From the NCBI GenBank assembly GCA_000708835.1, contig DF237312.1, forward strand, positions 34,680-98,679: 64,000 nucleotides of DNA. Direction: 5' to 3'. Source of the DNA: Klebsormidium nitens (taxonomy: Eukaryota; Plantae; Klebsormidiophyceae). Positions 23,303 through 34,600 of this stretch are shown here, piece by piece. Every line of letters starts with the position of its first letter. Position 1 is the first letter of the stretch. The position numbers and the translations under genes were made by a program. Under the pieces are notes generated by a model. The model ran no database searches. It was not told where the DNA came from and saw nothing but the letters and a program-made list of their open reading frames with translations.

Positions 23303-23933
23303 CTTGATCTCCAAGCAAAACTCCCCCCCTCACTTGTGTCCACAAGGTATCAATGTCTGGACCCAAGGTTCAACCAGCCGGAAGCCTCACTTGAAAGCTA
23401 TGAGATCTGACTTCTTGTGACAAGTGCGCGCCACAGCCAGAAGCCGTTGGAACAAGAGCGACGAGAATGTCTTCTTGGTTGACAATTATAGTGTGCTTAT
23501 TGAAACCCTTGAGTGTGAGACGATTGTATCAGTGTGAGTGCCTGTTTACACCTTTTGAAACGCATTAGGCTCGTAGCGACCTGAGTAGCCTTCCTTTTGA
23601 AAGCGCCCTTGCCCCTCCAGGGGAATGATGTCTCCGCGTTGAGTGTTCAAACTGTGTTGCACTGTCGAATGGAATGAATGCATGCGAAGAAAAATGCCTG
23701 TTGATCAGCTCAAAATGAAGGACGAACATCTAAAAGAACCCGGGAAAAGCGCAAAACATGGCGACCCTCCAGCACACCGGCAGGTGCTCCAGGACCTATA
23801 ACGGTTCGCCAGGTGAGGACTCAGAAGCGTGAGTCGGAAAGAAGCTCTCAAGAAGGTCACTCAGTTGGGTAGATCTGTCCTTCAGACTTCAAGTTCAGCC
23901 TCCAGGGCGGATCAGCAAGGAAAAAAAGCTGCC
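23303..23933. promoter_or_regulatory. Probable bidirectional promoter region EMC7/TIM13
   Basis: Divergent start codons at 23302 (-) and 23934 (+). Positional inference only; no motif identified. Confidence 0.45.
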
Positions 23934-25176
23934 ATGGATGCTTTCAGCTCACCACGGCCGTCCTCGTCTGGGGGCCCCTCAAATGAAGAAATGATGGATC
24001 AAGTGCGGACGCAGCTGGCGCACGCATACGCGGAAGAATTCTTCGCTGTAAGTAGTTTTGTGTCCAACTTTTATGCTCATCGGCGGGAGATTACGGAGCT
24101 GAAGAAGGGGTGTCAAGAAACTGTTCTTTTCTGTTGAACGGGCCTTCTGAGTAAACCTTCTTGTAAAAGTGGCATAAGTTGCCACAGTTCAATGTTTTGT
24201 CTTCTGTGATTTCAAAATTACCACCCTCTTCGCCTAATGCCTTTTGAAAATCAGGATCAGCAAACACGGTTATCTACTCGCCGCTCCAGGCTTTCAAGCC
24301 GGCAGCTAGCGGCGTCTAATTTGTGTGCAGTGCCTGGATGTCAAAGTCACCACCCCAGTCTTCTGAGAATGGTTTATGGTTCTACTTAAGTTACGATGTG
24401 GGGGTGGTGCGCACGTTGAGGTCCACCTGACCTTTCACAGCTTAAGTAACAATGATCCGCACGCAATGCTGTACCTATGCCCGAAGCTTTCAGTGACGCT
24501 CAGGTCAAGGCAAGCCTTCAAGAGGAATTCACATCAGGATATTGAAGACAAACTGCGCATCAGCAACCGTTCCTTCTGACAGGCTTGAATTGAAGCATGA
24601 AAGGTCGTGACTGAGATGCTCTTACTACAAGTACCATTCAATTCTGCCCTTGGCAACGCCAGCATCAACTCTGTTCTAGTTCCTCTTATGAACGAGTGTC
24701 AAGCGGCTCGCAGACTTCTGTCGTGTTTGTTAAGGTGCCCAAAACCCCTGAAATATATCCCAAGTGTTTCCTGGCTGGGGGAAAGTTTAGCAAGTTATAT
24801 TCGCTGACAGTGCTTGTTTCAGGCTTCTATTGATACTTCCACAAAAGTGAAGACCAATCAAACACTTGAAGTTTACTTCAAAGTGAACACCAGTGGTTAA
24901 AGGTCCACTGGAGTAACATTTGAGCACTTTTATCAGCTTTGTGCTAACTTTGCAACCGCTTGAAATTTGATGACGAGGCCAGCAAATCATAGAGGTCCTA
25001 ATTCTTTCTCTGCACAATTGCAGACGGTTCGAGACAAGTGCTTTGCCAAGTGCATCACGAAGCCTGGGAGCAGTCTGAGTGGCTCGGAAGCCAGTTGTGT
25101 ATCTCGTTGTGTGGATCGATATATAGAAGCGACCGGGGTAGTCTCCAGAGCAGTGTTGAATGCTAGTCCACGATAG
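23934..25176 (+). CDS. TIM13: Mitochondrial intermembrane-space small Tim chaperone TIM13
   Basis: Exons 23934-24047 and 25024-25176 give MDAFSSP...MMDQVRTQLAHAYAEEFFA|TVRDKCFAKCITKPGSSLSGSEASCVSRCVDRYIEATGVVSRAV. Twin CX3C motif and TIM13-like sequence. Confidence 0.95.
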
Positions 25177-26395
25177 CTCAAACCAACGGGATTGTAATAT
25201 AATGGTGCAACGGGATAACCCTGACGGGGCTTACTCGGTGTTTGGATTCAATGAGGCCAAGCGAGCGAGCAAAGTCTCCTTGTATCACTGCTTAGGGCCC
25301 AGGAAGTGTGTCAGTATATTCGCCTCACGGATCTGCTCTTTTTTGTTTGGATTTTTGGGTCTGAGAGGCTCCGGCTCCAAACGTTGAACCGCTTATTTGG
25401 CGAGGTCTTTGTGGGCCCAGCGTTGAGAGCTTTCAAGCGACATCTGGCTGCTTGCAGTACCGAAAGAGATAACGACAGAAGTTGCCAGTCGAAATCCGGA
25501 TGGATGTTGCGTAGGTTGTCAGATATGCTTTGTGAATGGTTCCTTTGATGGTTCGATTGAAGATCATGTATATGTTTAATCCGATGGCACACCTGCATGT
25601 ATCATGGCCCTCCATTCCGAGCTAGGCTCCATGCTGTGCTTTTGATGATTACATGATGCCACCGACTCAGTAGCAATTAAAACCCTTTTCAATCATTTTC
25701 TGCATTGAAATCTTATCCTAGGATAACCATGGGCTGGCAAGCTCGACTTATGTCACTGAACGTGCGCACTCTTGAGTTCAATGCTCGAGCTAGCTGCCTA
25801 TGTACTTATATGTACTTACTTTATATACTGCCTTCAGGCTTGTCATGCTGCAAGTCGAATGATCCGGCTGGTCACTGTAGTGCGACGGTCCTTTTATGCG
25901 ACTGAGGCCTGGCATGGGACCGACGTGGTCGGGCCCAATCATGCATGGTCGGAGCTATAGCCAGCCATGGAGGCGAAAGCGCTGGTTGACGGTTAATTGC
26001 ACGCATGGTGATACATGTGGCCACATCCACGCGTCTGCAAGGAAGTTTGCAAGCTAGCGCTGCAATACGTGCGAACTTCATGATGCGTGCCCGGATATGA
26101 CTGTAACGTCCGTTTGAACCCGAATGCATCCAGCATGTGTGTTTGCACTGATTAATTAATGAGGATCTAGCTCAAGAAACTGCAAGTGTGCAACAGCAAC
26201 TACAACGCAGTGAAACACTGGTGACAGCGGCATCGGTGGAACTTGGATACAACAGACTTGAGTGGATTGAAACCAGTTGTGGACAACACCTTTTGCAAGT
26301 TGCATACGAAGCTGGGCTGTACAGAGTGTTTCTCGACTGAAGATCGTCTTTCGTTCAGAATCCGAACAGGGGATGAAGGGCCTGCTTGCAGTCCC

Positions 26396-28000
26396 TCAGT
26401 CCAAGTCTTCATCGTGCCCCACGAACTCCGCCACTGAATCGAGCTCCAGCCTCACAACCTCGACGCCCTCTACTCGATGGTCGCTAAATTGCACCACCCC
26501 GATCCCCCGCTCCGAATCCCTTTCCAGCAGCCGTCCTCTCCGCCCTCTCTCCTTTCCCGTAACCACCGCCACGTTTCCCCCTCGTTTGGGAAGCGCCGTC
26601 TCAAGGCTGCTCTGGTGCACCCCCTGCAAACTCTGTCCAGTCTCGTCGACAGTGAGATCCGCTGTGGTGGGGGTCACGACATCAACAACCGTCGCCTTTT
26701 TCAGATACAGCCGCCCACTTTGCAAGCTCTTGCTCACAATCCTGACCCGGATATGCGGCACCAGCCACGGAGCGTCTTCGCCCCTTCTGTCCCCTTCTTC
26801 CACCTCCCTCCTTGACTCGTCGACTTTGCGCTTTAGCCGTATGTCATCCCCACGCCTTCCCCCCTCCCTACTTGGCCCCGCCTCGCGGCCGTTCGTGCCG
26901 TTTCTTGCCGCGCCGTTGACACGAGCATCTCCATTGGATGCTCTGCCGGCTCTGTCCGAGTTGTGCCCGTTCACACTCGCCACATCCGCCAACTCTTGTA
27001 CACGCACTTCGACGACCTCCTCGCTCCCCCTCAGCCTCACGGTCGCTCGATCCGAGCGCCCTTCCGTCTTCTTAATGCTTAAAATCTCCCCTTTCAGACC
27101 GCTATGCCTGCCAGTCACAATCTCCATCACCTTCCCCACGTGCACGCCCTTCTTTTCTCTTTCGACTAGTTGCTCATCTACCTTCCGAGAATTCCGAGGT
27201 CGGCCATCGCTCCCAGGCGCCGCGACCAGGTCCGGCTTCGGACCCCTAGTCTCCCCCGGCTTGATGTACTTCCTCTCCTTAACCTCCTGCGGTTTTGGGT
27301 TTGCGCCCAACCCCAATCGGTCAGGCCTTGGAACGTTGACGACCGGCTCTACGACCTTGCCCTTAGCATTCCGCCCGACAGCTTTCCCCTCCACCCACCC
27401 CATTCCCCGCAGCATTGCCTTGCCAAAGTCCTCGATCGGCATGCTGTCATACGCATCCTCATCCGCTTCGTCCGGGAGCTCATTCAGATCTTTCTTGAGC
27501 TGCTGCGCCTCTAGTTCCTGAGCGCTCCTGTAAGCACGGGACGAGCTTTCTGCTGGGGGCTCCAGGGCACCATTGACCTCTCTCCTAACCTCTTTCTTAA
27601 CCCTGATCTGCAGCCCATACTGCACCCCGTCCACCTTCCCCGCCGCAATCGTCTCCTCCACCTCAAACCTATCTTCTGTCTTTTGTTCAATCGCGTAGTC
27701 CCGCATCGTCTCCTGCAAGCTCCTCATCTTACTTTCTGGCCGCCACTTGTTCTCCAGCTTTGGAATAACCTTCAGTTCAGCTGAAGCCTTGCCCCCCGTG
27801 GTTTCTATGCGCCCCTCCCCCACAGCAGAAACAAACTCCCTGCTGACACCATCGCCCGCCCTTGCTGAGGGGACTGAATTGGACGGCAGTAAAGGCCGCG
27901 CTTTGCTCTGCGTAAATTTGAACCCTAGTTTGTTCACCACCGGCCCTGCTATTGCATCAGCCTCCACCGGGGCATCTGCTGCTTCTTTCTGTGCATCCAT
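26396..28000 (-). CDS. MOS2: G-patch/KOW spliceosome-associated protein (MOS2/GPKOW/Spp2-like), single exon
   Basis: 534-aa ORF with G-patch AYDSMPIEDFGKAMLRGMGWVEGKAVG...RPDRLGLGA, a KOW motif (VTGRHSGLKGEI) and C-terminal KOW pair WLVPHIRVRIVSK...LETALPKRGGNVAVVTG. Confidence 0.92.
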   Translation of the reverse strand: MDAQKEAADAPVEADAIAGPVVNKLGFKFTQSKARPLLPSNSVPSARAGDGVSREFVSAVGEGRIETTGGKASAELKVIPKLENKWRPESKMRSLQETMRDYAIEQKTEDRFEVEETIAAGKVDGVQYGLQIRVKKEVRREVNGALEPPAESSSRAYRSAQELEAQQLKKDLNELPDEADEDAYDSMPIEDFGKAMLRGMGWVEGKAVGRNAKGKVVEPVVNVPRPDRLGLGANPKPQEVKERKYIKPGETRGPKPDLVAAPGSDGRPRNSRKVDEQLVEREKKGVHVGKVMEIVTGRHSGLKGEILSIKKTEGRSDRATVRLRGSEEVVEVRVQELADVASVNGHNSDRAGRASNGDARVNGAARNGTNGREAGPSREGGRRGDDIRLKRKVDESRREVEEGDRRGEDAPWLVPHIRVRIVSKSLQSGRLYLKKATVVDVVTPTTADLTVDETGQSLQGVHQSSLETALPKRGGNVAVVTGKERGRRGRLLERDSERGIGVVQFSDHRVEGVEVVRLELDSVAEFVGHDEDLD

Positions 28001-28692
28001 GGATGCTCTCTCGACGAGAAAGATGGTGTTTAATTTGTTCAGTTGGGGACTTCTGTAGCGGCGCGTCAGAGTCCAGCTTGATCAACTGATTAGATGAAAA
28101 AGAGTCAACCGCCCCTAAGGAATGAGAACCTGGCAGCTCATTCGCCCTTCCAAAACTGCAACACCAACTTGAAGCTGAACCCGCAACTTCAAGAGTCAAG
28201 CTGTCCGTCTTGCAAGTTGCAGCCCCTTGCAGTTGCACCATGTGCAGCACTTCGATACCCAGCCTTGAACTTGAAGTTGGAACTTGAAGGCTGGAACTCT
28301 AGGAGGTTTGCTTTTTCACCGAGCTTGACCTCTGAGGAGCATCGACGGTCGGCAGTTGCTGACAATTGCAAGTGCTTACCTGCCTTCAGAACAAACGTAC
28401 TATCGACGGCCGGAAAGAGGCTTTCTTGTGCACGCTCACCACTTCGAGATGCAGAGCTCATACGGTATGCAATGTACATGTCCGCCCTTGCCAGCACAGG
28501 GCGGCTTGAATGCTGGTCATATGATCGTTCTTTGAAATTAAACATTGAAAGAATGTGGAGCAAGCTGTCCTAGTGCTCCATACTCAGGTTAGGATAAGGT
28601 TACGGCGCAACTATCTTCACAACAAGGCTACCCTGCCGCTGACATTTTTGCGGTGTTGATACTCAATTGGCGAATGCAATAGAGGTTCCCAA
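28001..28692. promoter_or_regulatory. Probable bidirectional promoter region MOS2/BOP1
   Basis: Divergent start codons at 28000 (-) and 28693 (+). Positional inference only. Confidence 0.45.
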
Positions 28693-31600
28693 ATGGCACG
28701 TCAAGGAAAGAGGAAAGCTGGTGACGTGCGAGAGCCCTCAAATGGCACCACAGACCCAGAAAGCAGCGACGAAGGGGATCTTTTAGAAGGCAACGCTTCC
28801 GATGATGAGGGGGCATTAAGTGATGGAAGCGAGGGAGGGCTGGTGGCTTCTTCTTCTGAGGATGAAGGGGCTCTCGCGAGCGAAGAGGAGGGGTCCGATC
28901 CTGAGAGCGATGGGGAGGGGGAGAGTGATGAGGAGAACGAGGATGGGGAGATTGGGGAAGCCACAGAGGAGTTGGCGCAGGCGGTGCAGGATTACTATCT
29001 GGAGCGGGACGCTCGTGAGGGGGAGGAAGCGGAGAATGGAGAGCTTGTCAGGGGCCAAGAAGAAGTGGGGGTTTCCGGCAGGGGGGAAGAGGAGGAGCGG
29101 CGGGGCGCAGGGGAGGAGCGTTTTGGGCCGCATGTGGACGAAAGCGATTCGTCTGAAGACGAGGTGGGTTTGCACCCTCTTCTATGTCGAATGTGGGAAT
29201 CAGCTGCGCACCTCCAATCTGCGTCTGGAAACTCGACCACTCCAGCCATCGCTCGGTTACAAGCCTCCAGCACAGCCCTGCAATGTGATCTCTCTAGTGG
29301 TACGGCGTTACCATACATTGACAACCATTACCACCCTGTTCTGTGCAGCGGCCCGATAGAAACACGGTGGGAAACGTGCCCCTGGAGTGGTATAAGGACG
29401 AGGAGCATATAGGTTATACGAAACATGGGAAGAAAATCATCAAGCAAAAGCGAAAGGATGAGCTGGACAAGTTCCTGAAGCAGGCAGATGACCCGAAAGC
29501 CTGGTGAGTTTTGTTCTAAGTTTGCAGGGCGCTTTTGCTTTAGCTTTCCGGCTTTGTGGTGCCTTCACCTGCAACATGGTGCGCAGCTAATACAGCATCA
29601 AATGCCAGCAAAATGAGCATTTTGAACGGTTTGGATAGTGTCCACTGTTGTGGTGGCATGCCAGCCCTGAATCTTGGTCGCTACATTCTTTGCAGCGCGG
29701 TTTTGTTGGGTGGTATGAGTGTGCTGGAAGGTGTAGCTGCAAAAGAAGGTTTTGTGAGGTCTTTTGTCTGTCAAGTTCAACGCATCAATGATGACAATTT
29801 GAATTCTCTGCAAGTTCCTTGGTATCCTCTGGGCTGCGGCGACTTTGTCGGTTGGCATTGTCTGCTTCCGAAAAGTCCTCAATCAGGTGTCATTGTAATC
29901 CCTGACAACCAGTTCAGTCGAGCGGCTTTGGCCATGTTTGCCAAAGTACAGGATGCCGAAACTGGTGAAAGCCAAGTTCCAAGGTTCCCGTCACTTTGGG
30001 GGCCAAAGTACGGGATGCCCAAATTAGTGAAGCCGAGTTCCAAGGTTCCCGTCATTTTGGGGGCCAAGGTGGTGTCAGTCAGCGTCAATGATATCTTGTG
30101 AATAGAGGCGGTTGATCGAGCACAAGTCCTCTGGTAAGCTTTCTGCATTGGCCGTTTCTATGTTTCTATTCTTTTGAAACACTGAGGCTTTCTCTGTTTT
30201 CCGCAGGCGGACACTGTACGATGAGTACAACGACGAAGACATCGTACTCTCCAAGGAGGAGATTGCCATGATCCAGCGGATACGGCAGGGCAAGATTCCG
30301 CACGCGGAAGTAAACCCGCACGAGCCGTACGTTGACTGGTTCGAATTCGAGGACAAGGGGCAGCCTCTGAGCGGGGCGCCCGAGCCCAAGCGCCGGTTCA
30401 TCCCGTCAAAGTGGGAGGCAAAGCAGGTAACAATCGCACTTAGAAGCCATCTTGCGAATTTTTGGATGTTGAATCTGGGTTTAGTCCAGAGTAAGCTGCC
30501 TCGGCTGGGAAAATGTGGGCGAACTAGCAGCAGTGATAAGATTCGAAATCCGTCCATACCCTGTAGCATATTTTAGCCATGAGATGAAGAGCAGGCCTCG
30601 TTTTTAAAGAAATTTGGCCAGACCTTTCAACCAGGCCGACGAGCAACTCATACAGGGGCGTTGCCGTTCTGGGAGTCTGGGATGCGAAACCTGAAGTTAC
30701 GAACCATAAGAGACGGAGTCTCAAAAGGGCTGGACTTTGGAGTGGCTGGACTCATTGCCAATTGATGCTGACCAAAAGTTTGCAAAGCTTCTCCAACTGA
30801 CGCGATGTTATGATATCCTGCAGGTCGTCAAGATTGTGCGGGCAATTCGGAAGGGCTGGATCTCGTTTGACAAGAAGCCGGAGGCGCCGCGTGTGTATTT
30901 GCTGTGGGAGGACGACTTTCGGACGGCGGACAAGACGGCCAACGGGCTCACGTACATTCCACCCCCAAAACCGAAGCTGCCAGGTGAGAAGGACGATTCA
31001 TGTGGTTTGTCCTTCACAGTACATTGTGGTCCGGATTCTGCTTATTTCAACTCACCGCAAAGTGGGGGAATGTTTCGAATCACGCTTGTCGGTGAATCTT
31101 CACGCGAGCAGGAAAGTGACAGTCCTGCGTCCTATTTCTGGTAGACTCTGTCATCAAAAGCACGAATGGTCTTGTTCTAAATCAAGACTCTTCTACCTTC
31201 TGAATGAAAGTGAAGGCGCCGCAAACAAAGCTGTTGCCGGCCCTGATTTGTTGGCCTCCGTTTTTTCGCCTTCGGTTTTTGCAGTGGTTTGAAGCCCGTG
31301 TCAGTTTTCACACAGCCACCGTACGCGCGCTTTGTCGCTGCTCGTTGATGCTCACCGACTGCCTTGTTTGTTTCCTCTTTCTTTCTTTTGAAGCTTTTGT
31401 GCCGCACATTTTGTCACTGTCGTGCCAGAGCTCTCCGTGCTCCTGTTCGACTCCTCCATATGTGCCAGAGCATTGACTGTCCTGCGGTGCTGACCCCGTA
31501 CAACGTCGGGGAACACAGCTGAAAGGGCAGCCGAAATTGCGTCTCATAAAGTCAATTAGTTCACTCGTGTACACCAGACTTCACTGATTGTTCATTCATT

Positions 31601-34600
31601 GACAAACTGGTGTTTTGCCAAAACCTTGTGCACTGGCCCACGATAGCAGGATCTTTGGAGGGTTTTTTACTTGATTCATATAGACACTCGTTCGTACGGT
31701 GTCCAATTGCCCCTGACAAGTCGTACTCAAACCTGCTTTCTGATCGAAGTCTCTCTGAGCCAGTTCGACACATCTCGGGCAAGCTCGTTCTGCTCTTAAT
31801 TTCCGAGTCAATCGAGGCCGATGGTAGTCTCGCTTACTGCACAAGGTTTCTATATTACAACACAACTGAGGATTCTGACTTTCCTGTCGACTTTAATATT
31901 CCTCGCATGCCCATTTGTGTTTCGAGGCCAGGATTATGGATAAGACGGGGCTAAGATTGTCCATTGGGTCTCGTACAACTGACGCCTTCATGATAAGTAT
32001 ATTCACAATTCCCGGGGGGGCGTCATAGTTTGTCAGGTAGAGCAGTTTGGCAGGTTTCGAGCATTTTCATTGGCGAGGCAATGATGAGCCCTGGGTTGCT
32101 AACAAGAACCGTAGATCTTAGACCTTCTTCAGGATCCAAGTCTTAAATCAATGTTCAAGTTTCACTTCCCGGGCTTTGCTTGGTACAGGTCACGAGGAGT
32201 CGTACAACCTGCCCCTGGAGTTTCTCCTTACTGAAAAGAACTTGAGTCATGCATCCGTACATTCATACATTTATACATTCATTCCTCAGACCCAGAGTCA
32301 GGTTCTCAGTCTCCGGCTTGTTTGGTACAGGTCACGAGGAGTCGTACAACCCGCCCCTGGAGTACCTGCCCACTGAGGAAGAGCTCAACTCGTATGATCT
32401 GATGTACGAGGAAGACCGGCCGAAGTACATCCCCCGCAAGTTCGACTCGCTGCGGCAGGTCCCGTCGTACGCGAACTTCGTCAAGGACAAGTTTGAGCGC
32501 TGCCTGGACCTGTACTTGAGCCCGCGGATACGCAAGAAACGGGTGAGCGTGGGTTCGGTGGTTGGACGATGCGAGCGGATTTTCCCAAATGTTCCCCTTA
32601 ATATTTCTGTGGCACTCGGGATGGTTTTTGGCTAGCCAGTGGCCTGCACAGGTCTCATTCCATCTGCCATCGACTCGAAGTCGCTCATCCCAAGCTCTCT
32701 GAACCCTTTCTGCAAAAGCCATCCGCCCTTCTTCACAAGAGATTGTCATCCTTTTGTGCTAAGCTTCGAACTTGGTACTCTCACAGATTACCATCGACCC
32801 CGGGTCACTGACCCTCAAGCTGCCCAACTTCAACAATCTGTCCCGCTTTGAAAGCCTACCGATCCTACATACACAAACGAACTGTCATCTCTTTGCGCAA
32901 AGACTCACGACTCGTTCTTATTTTCGCAGATCAACATCGACCCCGAGTCGCTCATCCCAAAGCTTCATGAACCCTTCCCATTATAGGCATGCGATTTTCT
33001 TTTACGCGAGAGTGTTCTGCGCTGACATCGCTTTCGTTTCTATTGCAGATCAACTTCGACCACGAGTCGCTCATCTCCAAGCCCCTAGATTAGGGACTTG
33101 CCGTCTCGTTCGCACAAGGAGAGGAAGCATTTTTCTCTTGCGTTAAGATATATTCCCTCTCATCTTGCAGATCAACATCGACCCCGAGTCGCTCATCCCC
33201 AAGCTGCCCAAGCCCAAGGACCTGCAACCCTTCCCAACCACCCTCTACCTCGAGTTCCTCGGACACGAGGGCGCCGTACGGACGCTCGCGACGGACCCGT
33301 CCGGACAGTGGCTGGCCTCAGGTATGCGTGACTTTCTTTTACAAAGAAAGCAGGACTTGCTTGTGAATTTGGAGAATCGAGGCTTTCTTGTTTTTGACAA
33401 AAGTGGCACAAGGCTTGTGACGTGCTTTTTTGGTACTCCGGAGTTGGTATTGAGCCGCAATCGCTGGAGGCTTGGGGTGAGAAAGGGGCCCGGAAGGCTT
33501 TCCGCTTTCGATACGAGAGACTGGGTAAGGGTCGGGACGATGCGAGTGGAGGCTCTGAACAACCAGTGGTAGAAACAGTGTGGAGTTTGGAGCCACAGCC
33601 TTCGAAGCCCTTCTTTGAACTGAAACTTCCTTGGTTGCGTGATGCCCAGACCATTTACCTTGCTCTTAATGTGGTTTCCTGGGGCGGACGAAAGGTAGGA
33701 AAGCCATGACGGAAGCTTGCCAGAAAGGCTGACAAGATATCCAGGCTACCTTATCAAGTCCGAGAGTACTGGTCTCGCGTCGGATGTTACCTAATGTCGT
33801 CATCGTCATCAACAGTTTCGATTGAGGTTTTATATTGCTGTTGGACAGGAACCGAACCCCGGCCTTTCTGCCTTGCAGGTTCTCGAGACGGCACTGTCCG
33901 CCTATGGGAGGTCCAAACCGGGCGGTGCCGCAAAGTCTGGTCGCTTAACACGCCGGTTAAGTTCCTCTCGTGGAACCCAAACCCGGATCGGCCGCTGCTG
34001 GCCGTTGTGTTCGGGCGGAGCGTGCTTTTGATGGGGAGCGGAACAGGCAACGAAACGCAGTCGGAAGCGGCAGCGGGGTTGGTAAAGTTACAGGAGACGG
34101 CGACAGGGGCTGCGGACGAAGGGGCGGTGGTGCGGTGGCAAAAGAGCGAGCGGGCGGAGGGCCTGGAAGTGGTTCACAAGCACGTGAGTGGGTGCAGGTT
34201 TTTGCGCGCAGCTTCTAAACTCTTAAGAGAGGTCACGATCTTTATCGACTTCGCGAATGTACCAAGCGCGCTTCGAACCTCCTGAGATGATGATGATATC
34301 GCGGAGGTAATCAAAGTGGTATAAAAGGACGCTGGTGCGAGACGTCTGCAAGGCGGCTCGTTTGTTTTTTCTGCAAGTCGACTTACTTCGAGTTACAGAC
34401 TCCGCTTCCTGAAGACTTGGCCTCGAGGATTCTTTTTCCCTTCGCACGATATGAAGGTTGACATCTTATCAAGCACGGTCTTCTTTCGCCTCTTGTTCTC
34501 ATTGCTGCCGCCACTGTGCAAGTTCGCTGACATCACTCTTTGTTCCTTTTGCAGGATGTCGCGCACGTGTCGTGGCACCACAAGGGCGACTACTTCGCGA

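Noticed and set aside
26125-26141. 17-nt identity with 38337-38353 (TGCATCCAGCATGTGTG)
   Set aside because: The flanks do not align, and one 17-mer match in compositionally biased 64 kb is not clearly beyond chance.
26277-27521. 414-aa plus-strand ORF
   Set aside because: Antisense shadow of MOS2, Ser/Pro/Leu-rich and without motifs.
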